From NCBI GenBank assembly GCA_965214835.1, contig CBDCCK010000002.1:1888001-1952000 (forward strand): a stretch of DNA of 64,000 nt, given 5' to 3'. Within the stretch, counting starts at the first letter, position 1, and each line of letters starts with the position of its first letter. Below are positions 40,922-52,965 of the stretch, piece after piece. Made by a program: the position numbers and the translations under genes. The notes beneath the pieces are model-generated. The model saw nothing but the letters and a program-made list of their open reading frames with translations, was not told the DNA's origin and ran no database searches. The stretch is from Nitrosopumilaceae archaeon. Its GTDB lineage: Archaea > Thermoproteota > Nitrososphaeria > Nitrososphaerales > Nitrosopumilaceae.

Positions 40922-43430
40922 TATAGCAACGGTCACAAGTAATTGAGGGTCTTGAGCGGCGATCTGTAAATGTACTTGTACATGCAAAGGTGGGCAAACG
41001 ACACCGTCCTGTAATATTCGGATATGGCATGCCGCAGCTCGCTGATTCTTCTGTACACTATCCCCCTGAAAACGACATGCTTGCCCAGGTTCCAGCATTC
41101 TTCCACGACATTGAGGTACGGCGATCCCTTTGGGAGCATTATCAGCCTGACGTCGGGATGGCCCGCCAGATATTCTGCGACGGCAGCAGATCTGTGCACG
41201 CTCCACCTGTCGCAAAAGACTGCAACCTTGCCAAACTTGGCGCGCAGCGCCTCTAGACATTGTATGAACTGCACCGACGTAAAGGATCCCGTAAACGTCT
41301 TGAACAGCTTCCTGCCGTCTTCTGCGATGCTTCCAAACACTGGTGAGGACCCCATAAAATTCGAACCACCCAAATGCGTAGAATTTGTATGTGACAGGAG
41401 GGCATACGGGGCATGAAAAAACAAAAGTTCACATTGGCCGAAAAAACAGACATAGTGATGGAGTCCATCAAGACCAGCATCAGCACTGCCGAGCTGTGCC
41501 GCAAGCACAACATCGCGCCCACCACGTTTGGCAGGTGGATGGACAGGTTCGTCGAGGGCGGCAAGGCATCCATCCTGGGCCGGAATGACAAGGCAGCGGC
41601 TGCCCTGCAAAAGGAGAACCAGAATCTCAAACGCATCATAGGCGAGTATGCAGTGGCCTGTGACGCTTTAAAAAAAACAATGGAGCTGAGCAAAGGATGA
41701 ATGCCGTACAGATCTGCCACCAGAAGATGAGCCTCAATACAGCCCTGGAATACTGCGGCGTCTCAAAGGGCACCTGGTATTACGCCAGGAAGGACGCCGA
41801 CAGACGAGCCAGAAAAGCCGACCCCGGGACGGTCTCAATCATACGTACCATAGGCAAGAAAAGGCCGACGTACGGAACCCGGAGGATGGCAAACCAGATA
41901 TTGCGCGAGACTGGCGTGCGCGTAAACCGCAAAAAGATACAGCGAATCTACCGCCAGATAGGCTGGATCGAGCCCAAAAAGACCAAAAACGACATAATAC
42001 GGGCCTCGCGCAAGCTTACAAGGCCAGATGCCCCCAACCGGCTGTGGCAGGCAGACATCACATACGTGGACTGCGGCGGGGACGGCTGGTGCTACTGTTT
42101 CAACGTACTTGATGCCTTTTCGCGCAGGTGGCTTGCATACTCCTTTGATACCACGGCGCAAAAGGAGAATGCGGTTCAGGCCGTACTCGATGCGGTATCG
42201 GCAGCAGATCCGGACTGCAGCATGCTGACCCTGCGGACAGACAACGGTTCTCAGTATACGTCGCGCATGTTCAGGGAGTCCCTGAAACAGCTGGGAATAA
42301 GACACGAGCTCATAGCATACAGGACGCCAGAACAAAACGGCCACATAGAGTCGTTTCACGGAAGCATCAAGAGGGAATACCTGTGGCCCCATGAATTTGA
42401 CTCCTTCCAGGACGCCTCAGACGTCATAAGGGAGGCATTTAGGGACTATAACCATGACAGAATACACTCCTCACTTGGATATCTCACTCCGATGGAGTTC
42501 GTCGTACGGCACCAAAGGGAGGCAGGCAAATGATGATGCCAGAGCTACGCAAAAACGCCCAAAAAGTGGTTCGAAAATACGGGGTCCAGATCAACACGGC
42601 CACCCTTGTGTTATCCCCCGAGTACGAGGCCACGCTTCTGGTGCCGACCGGACCCCACACGTATCTGTCGTATGCGCCCTGCACGAAGAACGCCTCATCA
42701 GATGACACCAGCGTAAAACCGTCGTTTTTCAGGCACGGAATACGCACGTTTTCAAGGTATCGCTGCCACGAGTATACCGAGCTTGGGGTGGCATGGTTGA
42801 CATGTATGTTTTGCACCTTGCGGCGCGACAGGCCGTGCTGGCGCATCATTCTCCGGACATGCTCTATGCTGTATTGTATCCCGGTGGCATTCCTTATGTC
42901 ATCGCGCCCCGTCATGACGTCGGTACTGTTGTATTCAACGGACAGATCCATTATGGCGGCAATCTTTTTTCGTATGTGGTCACCTATCCCCACCAATCAG
43001 GCACGAATTAGTATACACAATTATGATTTCCACGCCTAGCCAGTAAGGGGACGTGACCTCATACCTTTTTTCTGTCCACCCTTGGCCTGCATCCGGAACG
43101 GGGAAGATCCCGGAGGCAGTCCATGCCGTCCTCCGAAAACCTCGCCAGCCAGTTGCGCACGGAATTCTCACTGCACCGGATCTTTCTTGCAGTCTCGGGT
43201 ACGCCCATGTCGTCTTCTAGCACAAACATCAGCGCCATGATCTTCTTGTAGACTTTGGCATCCTTTTCTTTGCGCATGGCCTCTGACAGGATGTCTGTTT
43301 CTTTTGCCATACATACTGCGCCAGTTACGTGATCATTATACTTTTCGAATGACCTTGTTTTGGCTCAAAGACTTATGCTCGTTGCTATAGTTTGACCTAC
43401 TTTGACTCAAAGACTTCTGCCCGTTGCTAT
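40922..43430 (-). mobile_element. IS630-family element, frameshifted and interrupted by IS3
   Basis: Fragments 43310-43059, 42996-42598, 41340-40933 (SDEA, CDRW, PYLNVVEECW); end TATAGCAACG at 40922, inverted twice near 43389 and 43430. Confidence 0.82.
41341..42593 (+). mobile_element. IS3-family element (orfA 41413..41700, orfB 41697..42533)
   Basis: Same proteins as 21959..23211; TSD ACAC. Confidence 0.95.
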
Positions 43431-43653
43431 AATAGACCAAGAGCCTGATGGTCGCCTTGCCGTTCTTCTCGGACTTGTGCATCCTAAAAAGCCTGTCCTT
43501 GCTTGCTATCCCGTACAGGAACTGCGTTCCCGCCGGTAATTCCTTCTTTCCTTTCATGTGTATATATGGGACTGGCAGATCTTAGATCCTTTGATTGAAA
43601 AATTGTTCTTTTTGTAATCAATTAGTAGTCGTGAATACTACGCAACAACAAAA

Positions 43654-44403
43654 TTACGATTTTGCATCAATTAGTTTTGCATATTCCTGAGCAACAACAC
43701 TAGGAACATCATCAGAAATAACTTTTCCGTTGAAAAGTAGTATTGCTCGGTCACACAGATCTTGAATTTGGGTTACTGAATGAGAGACAATAATTATTGT
43801 TTTGTTTTTCTGTTTAAAGTCTAAAAATGCTTTATAGCTTTTTTGACGAAATAGTGCATCACCGACTGCTAAAACCTCGTCAACCAGCAGGACATCAGGA
43901 TCAACGGTGATAGCTGTCGAAAATGCTAATCTTGCCACCATGCCGGAAGAAAAATTCTTCAATTTTGTATTTTTGAATTTTTCAAGCTCTGCATATTCAA
44001 AAATATCATCTATTTTATCGGTAATTTGTTTCTTTGACAATCCTAACAATATACCATAAACATAAACATTTTCTTGTGCAGAAAGCTCTCCATTAAATCC
44101 AGTGCCTAGATCCAAGAAAGGAATTAATTTTCCATTAACGTGTAATGTTCCGGAATCAGGAACATAGATTTGTGCTAAAATTTTTAATAGTGTGCTTTTT
44201 CCAGCTCCGTTAAGACCCAATATTCCTAATGTCTCACCTTTGTGAATAGTCAAGTTGATATTTTGCAAAACTTTCAATTCTTCATCAACATTATTTTTCC
44301 AAAAAGAAGTTAGAAATTCAAACAGTGTGCTGTCTTTATTTGATCGAATACGAAATGTTTTTGAAATATTTTCTAATCTCAAAGCAATGTTTTCAGACAT
44401 CAT
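43654..44403 (-). CDS. wzt: Polysaccharide ABC exporter ATPase
   Basis: Near-identical to 20239..20985. Confidence 0.93.
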   Translation of the reverse strand: MMSENIALRLENISKTFRIRSNKDSTLFEFLTSFWKNNVDEELKVLQNINLTIHKGETLGILGLNGAGKSTLLKILAQIYVPDSGTLHVNGKLIPFLDLGTGFNGELSAQENVYVYGILLGLSKKQITDKIDDIFEYAELEKFKNTKLKNFSSGMVARLAFSTAITVDPDVLLVDEVLAVGDALFRQKSYKAFLDFKQKNKTIIIVSHSVTQIQDLCDRAILLFNGKVISDDVPSVVAQEYAKLIDAKS

Positions 44404-45176
44404 ATTTTCTCTGCAATTTTCTTCTCTTTGAGTTTAAATAAATAGTATCCAAATATTAGCAAAGCTCCGGTGGTTGATATCAGATAAAATAATGAGTTTA
44501 ATTCAGGCATTGTTCCGTACAGTACTAAACTATGAGTTATATTTAGCATGTGAACGAAAGGGTTAATTTCTAATATCCCACGAATGGTTTCAGGAAACAT
44601 TTCAAGAGTGTAAATTATAGGAGAAAGAAAGAAAGATGCTTGAAGAGTTACTTGCCAAATAAATCGAATATCTCTAAAATAAACATTAAGAATGGAGAGA
44701 ACGAACGCTATCCCTAAAGATAAAATGAATATCTCTAGCAGTAAAATAGGCAAAAAAGATATTGTTAGTGGTGGGATAAATTGAAAAATTATTACAAATA
44801 CGCCAAACGCCAATAGTTCAAACATCATCATTATGAAAGCGGTAAGTGTAGAACTAATAACAATAATTTCACGACGCAAAGGTGTTTTTTGGATTATAAA
44901 CGATTTATCTTGCAAGCTTGTCATTCCGGCAGTTGTAGCTCTTGAAAACATATACCAAAATACCAGTCCGATCAATAAATACATCGGGTAGTGTTCAATT
45001 TCACTTCGCAGAATATTACTAAATACAACATAAAGTATTCCTAACATCAATACAGGTTCTAGAAATGTCCAGAAAAACCCCAAAGCAGAATTTTTATATC
45101 TTAATTTTACATCGGTAATAGCCAACGAAAATACGATTGTTCGTTGACGAATTAGATCTGAAAATAGATTGGGCAT
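44400..45176 (-). CDS. wzm: Polysaccharide ABC exporter permease (intact copy)
   Basis: ABC-2 permease motifs; overlaps wzt by 4 nt. Confidence 0.93.
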   Translation of the reverse strand: MPNLFSDLIRQRTIVFSLAITDVKLRYKNSALGFFWTFLEPVLMLGILYVVFSNILRSEIEHYPMYLLIGLVFWYMFSRATTAGMTSLQDKSFIIQKTPLRREIIVISSTLTAFIMMMFELLAFGVFVIIFQFIPPLTISFLPILLLEIFILSLGIAFVLSILNVYFRDIRFIWQVTLQASFFLSPIIYTLEMFPETIRGILEINPFVHMLNITHSLVLYGTMPELNSLFYLISTTGALLIFGYYLFKLKEKKIAEKI

Positions 45177-45274
45177 ACTAATAGAATTTCCAAAAATATC
45201 AACATATATTAGACTTTATACGTACACAGTCTTCCCAGAAGTACGCGATTCATGATTGTCCAGATGGTGACAAG

Positions 45275-46412
45275 GGGGTTGTTTCCTAATTCACTCATGC
45301 TGCCTCCACCGGTATCCCGAGCTTTGCGGCGCACTTGAGTCTGTTTAGCACCTCAAGGTTCCATCCTATGGCCTTGCACAGGCCAAACCTTCTGCGGGTG
45401 GATGCCTTTCTGAACCTGCACATCAGCCTGTGGTTCTCTGCCTCCTCTGCGCCAAAGATTCCCTCTATCGTCGCGCGCATCGTGTAGGATTCTGGATCAA
45501 ACGCCTCGGAGGCTTCCTTCCTGTGTTTCATTTTGGTACGGACTGCATTATCTCTCAGCTTGATGTTCGGTTTCATTCCGGATTCCTTGAGGATCCTTAT
45601 GTTCTCATCCGAGTCGTATCCCATGTCGGCGTTGAAGATGCCAGAGAATCCGAGTCCGATCTTTCCAATTCTCTGCAAGAGTGATCTTAGGATGGTAGTG
45701 TCTGCCATTCTGTCTGAGGTAATCCGGCATGCTAGGATTACCTGCAGGCCCAGCACGGATGCCACGTGCCACTTTAGATATTGTTTGTAGGGCTTGGCCT
45801 TTCTCTTTCTTTCGGCCTTTTTTGCGCCAGATTCGTGCCTAGAATCGGCCTTTTTGCCCGTCACCTTCTTTGGCTTGAGATCCTTTCTCTTCTTCTTCTT
45901 GTCGTATCTGTCAGTAACGACGCCGGTGCTGTCGGCCGCAAGCTTGAGTGCAGACAGGTCAAACCCTGCAAGGCATCTGCGTGCAGTTTCTGATATCATC
46001 TCCTCAAGCCACTTGTTTGGAATCTTTGGCATGAATTTGCACAGGGTGACGTGGTCTGGCACCGGCTCGTCGTTCCAGCGAGGCAGCCTTAGAAAGTGCG
46101 CAATGCACCGCGTGTCACGGTATGTCATATCCAGACACACCATCAATATGCACAGGCATGCCAGCTTGTCACGGCTGTGGACTATTGGCCGACCCGGTCC
46201 GGAACCAACCTTCACGGGACACGGGTTCTCCACGATCAAGGAAACTATATTGGATAGGAGAAACACCATTTCTTGGGTGTGGGCAGCATGGTAATACTTC
46301 CAGTACCCATTGCGTCTCTTATGTTCCGTCATTAGAGAACCACGCCCGTTCTGATCAATATAGTGTAGAATCTAAAAAATTAGACTAGATTGCCGAATTA
46401 GGAAACAACCCC
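45275..46412 (-). mobile_element. IS5/IS4-like DDE element; transposase 45295..46332
   Basis: Perfect 18-bp TIR GGGGTTGTTTCCTAATTC; ADSTG, NADMGYDS, YTMRATIEGIF. Confidence 0.9.
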
Positions 46413-46638
46413 GGTACAATCATGACAGGCCCCACAGGTCGCTGGACTGGGACAATCAGGAGACGCCCGCGCAGACATTTCTCAGAAAGATGCCCAAGGA
46501 GGGGGAAACCGTTATTGACGGGCAGACAGGAGAGGAGTATGATGTCAAATAAGGGGGGGGGGCGAACTACTTTCTGGATCCCACATGAATACTGGTTGTA
46601 CAAAAAACTTTTTAGTCATCTGCCGTGCTGTAAGACAA

Positions 46639-47259
46639 ATGGCAAAAATGCTGCCTGCCTACGTGATTGCGTCTGCCGTACTGATGTTTTTGGCACCGGC
46701 CTTTGTACATGCGCAGGATGTCCCGCCGGAGGCCAGGGGGCCCGGAGACGATGCCAGAACCATCAACCTCTGCTCCTCAGAGTCCGAATGCGTGCTGATT
46801 TCAAAGAACCATACGGGCAAGGGCGCCAAGATATCCCAGTCGCTACAGCACGTCATCTCCCGGCCGGATATGTGGGGAGGCGACCTTTCCAGATCAACGA
46901 TGGATGCGGGGGCGATGGAAGGCGAAAAGATACCGGTAATCATCCGCATAAAGTCCGGCTCAGAAGGGTTTGTCCTTCCCGATAACCTCGGAGTAGACGT
47001 GGTCGGAGCCTCCAGCCTTGGCATACATGCAGATGTTCCGGCCTTGAGCATACTGCGGCTGGCAGAGTATGACGAGATAGACCAGATAAGGATGGCACCT
47101 GCAATGATTGAGGGGCAGGCAGTCAATCCGGTGGCACCAGGCAACGGGCTACAGTTGTCGTGGGATCCGTCATACCTTCTGGTACTGCTGATCCCCGCCG
47201 CCGTCGCCCTTGCAGTATGGCAGGCCAGAAGGGGAAAAAAGAGGATTGCCACGGCATAG
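46639..47259 (+). CDS. Secreted, C-terminally membrane-anchored protein resembling a subtilase prodomain
   Basis: Signal peptide ending FVHA; KISQSL..IPVIIRI..LGVDVV..IHADVP..LRLAE..IDQIR; TM helix followed by RRGKKR. Confidence 0.7.
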   Translation: MAKMLPAYVIASAVLMFLAPAFVHAQDVPPEARGPGDDARTINLCSSESECVLISKNHTGKGAKISQSLQHVISRPDMWGGDLSRSTMDAGAMEGEKIPVIIRIKSGSEGFVLPDNLGVDVVGASSLGIHADVPALSILRLAEYDEIDQIRMAPAMIEGQAVNPVAPGNGLQLSWDPSYLLVLLIPAAVALAVWQARRGKKRIATA

Positions 47260-50200
47260 GCGCGCGGCACTGGCAACCCAGCTTGCGGCGGCACCGTTAC
47301 TTGTACTTGTACTGGCGCTGTCACTGGGCCAGATGCATGCAGCAGTATACGGCCAGTCCGTGACAAGCCAGGGCGCGTACACCGTAGAGTCACATGTTGT
47401 AAACAGCCTGGGAAACAACGGCAGCGGGATCAAGGTGGCGATCATAGACGCCGGGTTTGACGTGACAGATGAGGAGATATCATCCAACATAGCAGAGGCC
47501 AGATCGTTTCGCTCAAACGGCGACATTACGGCGGGAGGACGCACCGCCCACGGGACTGCAACTGCGCAGATAGTGGTAGATGTCGCACCCGACGTCGAGC
47601 TGTATCTTTACAACATCGAATCCGTGCCAAACATGATAAGACTGATCGATTACATAATAGGGAGGGGGGACATTGACATAGTCAGCCTGTCCGTAGCATG
47701 GTGGGGCGTGGGGCCGTATGACGGGACCAGCGGGCTCTCACAGAAGGTCAGCGAGGCGCAAGACAGCGGGATACTGTGGATATCGGCGGCCGGAAACTAT
47801 GCGGACAGCCACTGGGAAGGGATGTTTGCAGACGCAGACGCAGACGGGTTTCACAACTTTGGATCTGTAGACGAGACAATATCGTTTTTTGCCGCAGCCG
47901 GCTCCGTGGTGGAGCTGGAGCTCACATGGGACGATGCGTGGGGCCGGTCCTCCAACGACTATGAGCTGCGCCTGTTCGATGCGAACCTGAACCTGCTGAT
48001 CTCCTCCATTGAGACACAGGACGGCGATGACGACCCGCTGGAGACGATACAGTACCTTGTCGTCTCCGACGGTATCTATAACATAGTGATAGAGCGATAT
48101 TCAGGCGAGGCAAGGAACCTGGAGCTGTTCAGCTTTGAGCACTCCCTTACGGAACACAACGTACCCGGGGGCAGCGTGATAATCCCGGCCGATGCGGTAG
48201 GCACAGTCGCCGTGGCAGCCGTCGGGCACGACACGGAATCGTTAAAGCTATACAGCTCGCGCGGGCCCACAAACGACGGCAGGACAAAGCCGGACGTTGC
48301 GGGGCCGACGGACGTGATCACGAGCACGTACGACCCCTTTGGAGGCACGTCGGCTGCAGCCCCGCACGTGGCGGGAGTGGCCGCCCTGATAAAGTCTGCC
48401 AACCCGACGTATACGCCTGCCCAGATCCAGTCCGTTCTGGAGGACACCACGAGGAACCACCACGCAAAGGGCAACGAGGACGGAACCGGGCTGGCAAACG
48501 CGCTAAACGCGATGGGGCTGCCGCTTGCAGAGACATTTGAGACGGATCTGTCTGCGTGGACCGAGGAGGGCGGGGCCGGCGGCTGGAGCGTGGGGCCGCC
48601 CGGGGACGGCGGCCACCCGCCGGGCCACCATGACGCAACGAACACGGTTGCAAGGGCAGGCGACGGCTGCGCCTCCGAGTGCAGGCTGGTCCTGTCAGAC
48701 GGGCTGGACCTGACCGGGTACGACTCGGCCGCCATGACGCTTTACAGGTACGTCGATGACGGCCTTGACGACGGCGAGTACCTCAGGGTGGACGTCTCAG
48801 AGAACGGCGGGACAAGCTGGACTGGCGCGTACGACTGGCAGGGGGACCAAGACGGCGATGACACGTGGACCATGCACACGCTGGACCTGGCAGACCACCT
48901 GGACTCGGACAGCTTCAAGGTGAGGCTGTCGGCAAGGGCCTCCCAGCCGTCGGGGGAGGGCGTGATGGTCGATACCCTGATCATCGACGGCGTGGCCTCC
49001 AGGCAGGTGCCTGTACAGGACACCGCGCCGCCCTCCCTTGTCTCGGTAACCCTCAACGAGGCCACCTGGGCCATGACCATAACCTTCAGCGAGACCGTGG
49101 ATGTCTCGAAGACCGACATCTCCAGACTGTACGTCAGCGATGAGAACCAGGAAGACGCCGTCTCGCTGGACGGTGCCGGCTTTGACGGCGCGGAGGCCGA
49201 CTCTGCAACCATATCGCTTACGCTAACCCCAGCCCAGTTTGTCCAGATCATCGCTATGGCCGCGCCGCAGCTTGACATCGGCGCGGGCGCCGTGTCGGAC
49301 GTCTTGCAAAACCCGATAGGCGACTCGCCGGATCACCCGATCACAGTCACGGGCGTGATGCCAAACGCCCCGCCGGTGGCGCCTGCCGCGACGGCGACCA
49401 CCGCCGAGGACACGCCCGTCACCATAACTCCCCCGATATCGGATCCCGACGCGGCCGACACCCCGGTGATATCGGCAGTATGGAGTGGACCCCTATGAGT
49501 AGGAGCGATTTTGGCGACATTTTATGCACACTCTGATCGCTCATTTTTGAGGCACCTCCTCCTGTCTTTTCTGGGTTTTTCGGACAAACTCGTCTGGTGT
49601 CAGGTATCCCAGCGCCGAATGGATCCTGTCCTGGTTGTAGTCCGCAAACGCCTCTGCCAGGACGACCTCGGCATCCTGGAACCTGGCAAAGTCATGCGGC
49701 CAGACGTACTCCTTTTTGAGGGTCTTATGGAAGGACTCGACATGTCCGTTCTGCTCGGGCGTGTTGTGCCAGATGTATTCGCACCTTACCCCAAGCGCCT
49801 TCATGCTTTCCTTGAATTCGCGGCTCGTATACCGGACGCCGTTGTCACTTCTGACCAGCAGGCCGCGCGCTTCGTCTGCCGAAATCGTGGAGACTGCCTT
49901 TGTCAGCGATTCGACTGCGACCTGTGCGGTGGCCTGCGTGTCAAAGACGTATGTTATCCACTTCCTGGTGAACGTATCAATTACGTTAAAGCAGTAGCAC
50001 CACCCGTCAACGCCGCACCAGACGTACGTGATGTCAGTCTCCCACAGCTGGTTTGGCCCTGTGGGCTTGAACCTGTCCCTTCTTCCGGCTCTTATTATGT
50101 CGTTTTTGGTCTTTTTAGGCGTGATCCAGCCTATCTTGCGGTATATCTGCTGTATCTTTTTGCGGTTTGTCGGCACGCCGGTCTCGCGTCTTATCTGGGC

Positions 50201-52405
50201 TGCCATGCGGCGCGTGCCGTATGTGGGCCTCTTGTTGCCAATCTCCCTGACAAGCAAGACCGTCTGCGGATCCGGTTCTGTCGGCTTTTGCGGCTTTTTT
50301 ACGTGGTACCACGCAGTTCTGGAGGCGCCGCTGTACTGCAGTGTCTTGTCCATGCTCCAGCCCCTCTCCCTTAGCAGTATTGCAATGTTCACCTTTTGCC
50401 TGCCTCCAAGGTTTTTTTTAAAAGCGCATTGGCCACGGCATACTCGCCGATGATGTTTTTGAGCGACTCGTTCTCCTTTTGGAGCCTGCCTTCGGCCGTT
50501 GCAGGGCCGCTGCCTGACAGCGATGCGCGTCCGCCCTGCAAAAAGCGTTTCCTCCACTGGTAAAACGTCCTGGGGGAGAGGTTGTGGCGACGGCACAGCT
50601 CTGCCGTCTCGATGTTGGTATTGAGATGCTCCATGACTATCCCTATCTTGTCCTGCGTACTCCATATTTTCTTTGTCATATTTGTAATTCGACCTCCTTA
50701 TTCAAAAAGTGTGCATTGCAGATCGTTCCTTCTTTTTTGGGATCCGCACCAAGTATCCGACCCGCCCAACGGGACTGCCACACATGACGATGATACGATA
50801 ACCTACACGCCTGATGCAGACTATGCGGGAACCGACACGTTCGGATACACGGTATCTGACGGCACCAACACGGCGCAGGGCACCGTAACCGTTACAGTCA
50901 CGCGCGACAACAACGCCCCCGTCCTCGGCACGATAGGCGACCGGGCCGCGAAGGTGGGATTCCAGCTGAGCATAGCGCCCACCGTGACTGATGCCGATCC
51001 TACAGACACGCACATGTACTCCATAACGCGCGGCACGCTGCCGGAAGCCGCCGCGTTTTCCACGTCTGACGGCAGCATCACCTGGACGCCAGTACAGGCC
51101 GACGCAGGACAGACCCATACGGTCACCATAACCGTAGATGACGGCCGGGACGGCACCGATTCTGAGACCTTTGACATATCCGTGATGGATATTCCAAACG
51201 CCCCGCCGGTGGCGCCCTCAGAGACGGCGACCACCGCCGAGGACACGCCCGTCACCATAACTCCCACGATATCGGATCCCGACATGTCGGACACCCCGGT
51301 GATATCCGCGGTAGCCGACCCGCCCAACGGGACTGCCACACATGGCGACGATACGATAACCTACACGCCCGATGCAGACTATGAGGGAACCGACTCCTTC
51401 GGATACATGGTATCTGACGGAACGGACACGACAGATGGCACGATAACCGTTACAGTTACGCGCGCCAACAACGCCCCCGTCCTCGGTACCATAGGCGACC
51501 GGGACGCGACGGTGGGCGCACAGCTGACCATAACGCCTTCTGTGACTGATGCCGATACTACGGACGCGCACACGTTTACGATATCGCGCGGCACTCTGCC
51601 GGCAGCTGCTGCATTCTCCACGTCTGCCGGCAGCATCACCTGGACGCCCGTACAGGCCGATGCAGGACAGACCCATACTGTCACCATAACCGTAAATGAC
51701 GGACGCGGAGGCACCGATTCTGAGACCTTTGACATAGTAGTAACCGAACTGCTCGAGGCGGCCGGCGCCCACCTGGAATTTGAGAACGACCTGACCGACT
51801 CTTCTGGCGCCCACGGAGGCACCATACAGTCCGGCTCCGTATCATATGCGGCAGGCCCCGTCGGGCGGGCAGTCATGCTGGATAATACACACGTCACGCT
51901 TGCAGGGGAGCCGGACCTTGACTTTGACACCGACGAGGCCTTCAGCATAGCATTCTGGATAAACAAGGATCACGAGCCCTCCTCCACCGTCTCGCTGGTG
52001 TCAAAGTCCGAGCGCTTTTGGAGGCAGGGAACCGATATATGGTTCAACCCGAATGCCGGCGGCAAGGCATCCCTCAGACTGTCTGACGGCTCTGCATACA
52101 TGGAGATACGCACGCCTGGAGCGGTGGCAGACGGCACGTGGCACCACGTGGCATTCACGTATGACGGCAGCGGCACCCGTGCGGGCATGTCCGTATATGT
52201 GGACGGGCAACCCGTCACCGAGATCACCGCAGGCGCCACATCGTTGTCCGGCTCCATACTCAACGACCATCCGGTCGGTATCGGTGCCAGCAGCACCGGA
52301 CTGGATCCGGCAGGAAACACCGCCCTTGACGAGCTGCACATCAGGCCCGGCCAGATGAGCGCGTCCGAGGTATCCGCACTGCATGCTGCCGGATCATTGC
52401 CATAA
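47246..52405 (+). pseudogene. S8 subtilisin-like surface protease (~1300 aa) with cadherin/Ig repeats and LamG, interrupted by IS3
   Basis: IIDAG, HGTA, AAGN, GTSAAAPHVAG; removing 49481..50755 restores ISAVSDPPNG in frame. Confidence 0.9.
49481..50751 (-). mobile_element. IS3-family element (orfA 50389..50679, orfB ending at 49541)
   Basis: TG..CA ends; TSD AGTA; WETDIT, RSDNG, PEQNGHVESF; A-run at the orfA/orfB overlap. Confidence 0.94.
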
Positions 52406-52426
52406 TCACCAAGATTGGATGATCCG

Positions 52427-52560
52427 AGAGATGATTCGAAACTAGAAACCGTACGAATTTTTCAAGTAATTTCACAGATAACTTGTATTTTGTTGGTGTT
52501 TTGGGCTGTCATGCAAATTCGTTCACACATAATCAGAATCTGCTAATTTGAGCCAACTCT
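52427..52560. mobile_element. MITE family A copy
   Basis: Homologous to 1278..1414. Confidence 0.87.
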
Positions 52561-52561
52561 C

Positions 52562-52965
52562 AGGCGCGGCGTAAGGCCCCTCATACGGCTCCTGACAAGC
52601 TGCACCACTGCAAGGGGCAAGGGCGCCGGCGGCAAGTGGGGCCGGCTGGTGCGATGGCAGCTCGGGGGCGGCCCCGGGGTGCCGGTTGGGGGATCTGTCA
52701 AAGGAGGAGAGGCAGGAGAACCTGCGGTACTGGAAGAGCACGGTCGGCTTCGGCAGCAGGTGGATCGTCGAGATCGTGATATCGGCCATAAAGCGCATGT
52801 TCGGCGAGGGTGTAATGGCCCTCAAGTGGTCCAATGTGGTGCAGGAGGTAAGGCTGAGGATATGGCCGTACAGCAGGTGGATCGCAGAGGCGGTGGCTGC
52901 CGTGTAGGAACCTGGCGCCGGCAGCGATCCGGAAGGATTGGCCGGGCCCTAGTCGGAGTTATGCA
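52562..52965 (+). pseudogene. 3' remnant of the IS903-like IS5 element; its right TIR is split by IS110 and completed at 54411-54421
   Basis: Matches 24995..25396. Confidence 0.88.

Noticed and set aside
21959-42593. Inverted identical IS3 pair as a composite transposon or an already inverted segment
   Set aside because: Each copy keeps its own TSD (ATAG, ACAC), indicating independent insertions with no inversion between them
43351-43430. ~41-bp tandem repeat as an operator
   Set aside because: Both units contain the IS630 terminal sequence, so this is a duplicated end
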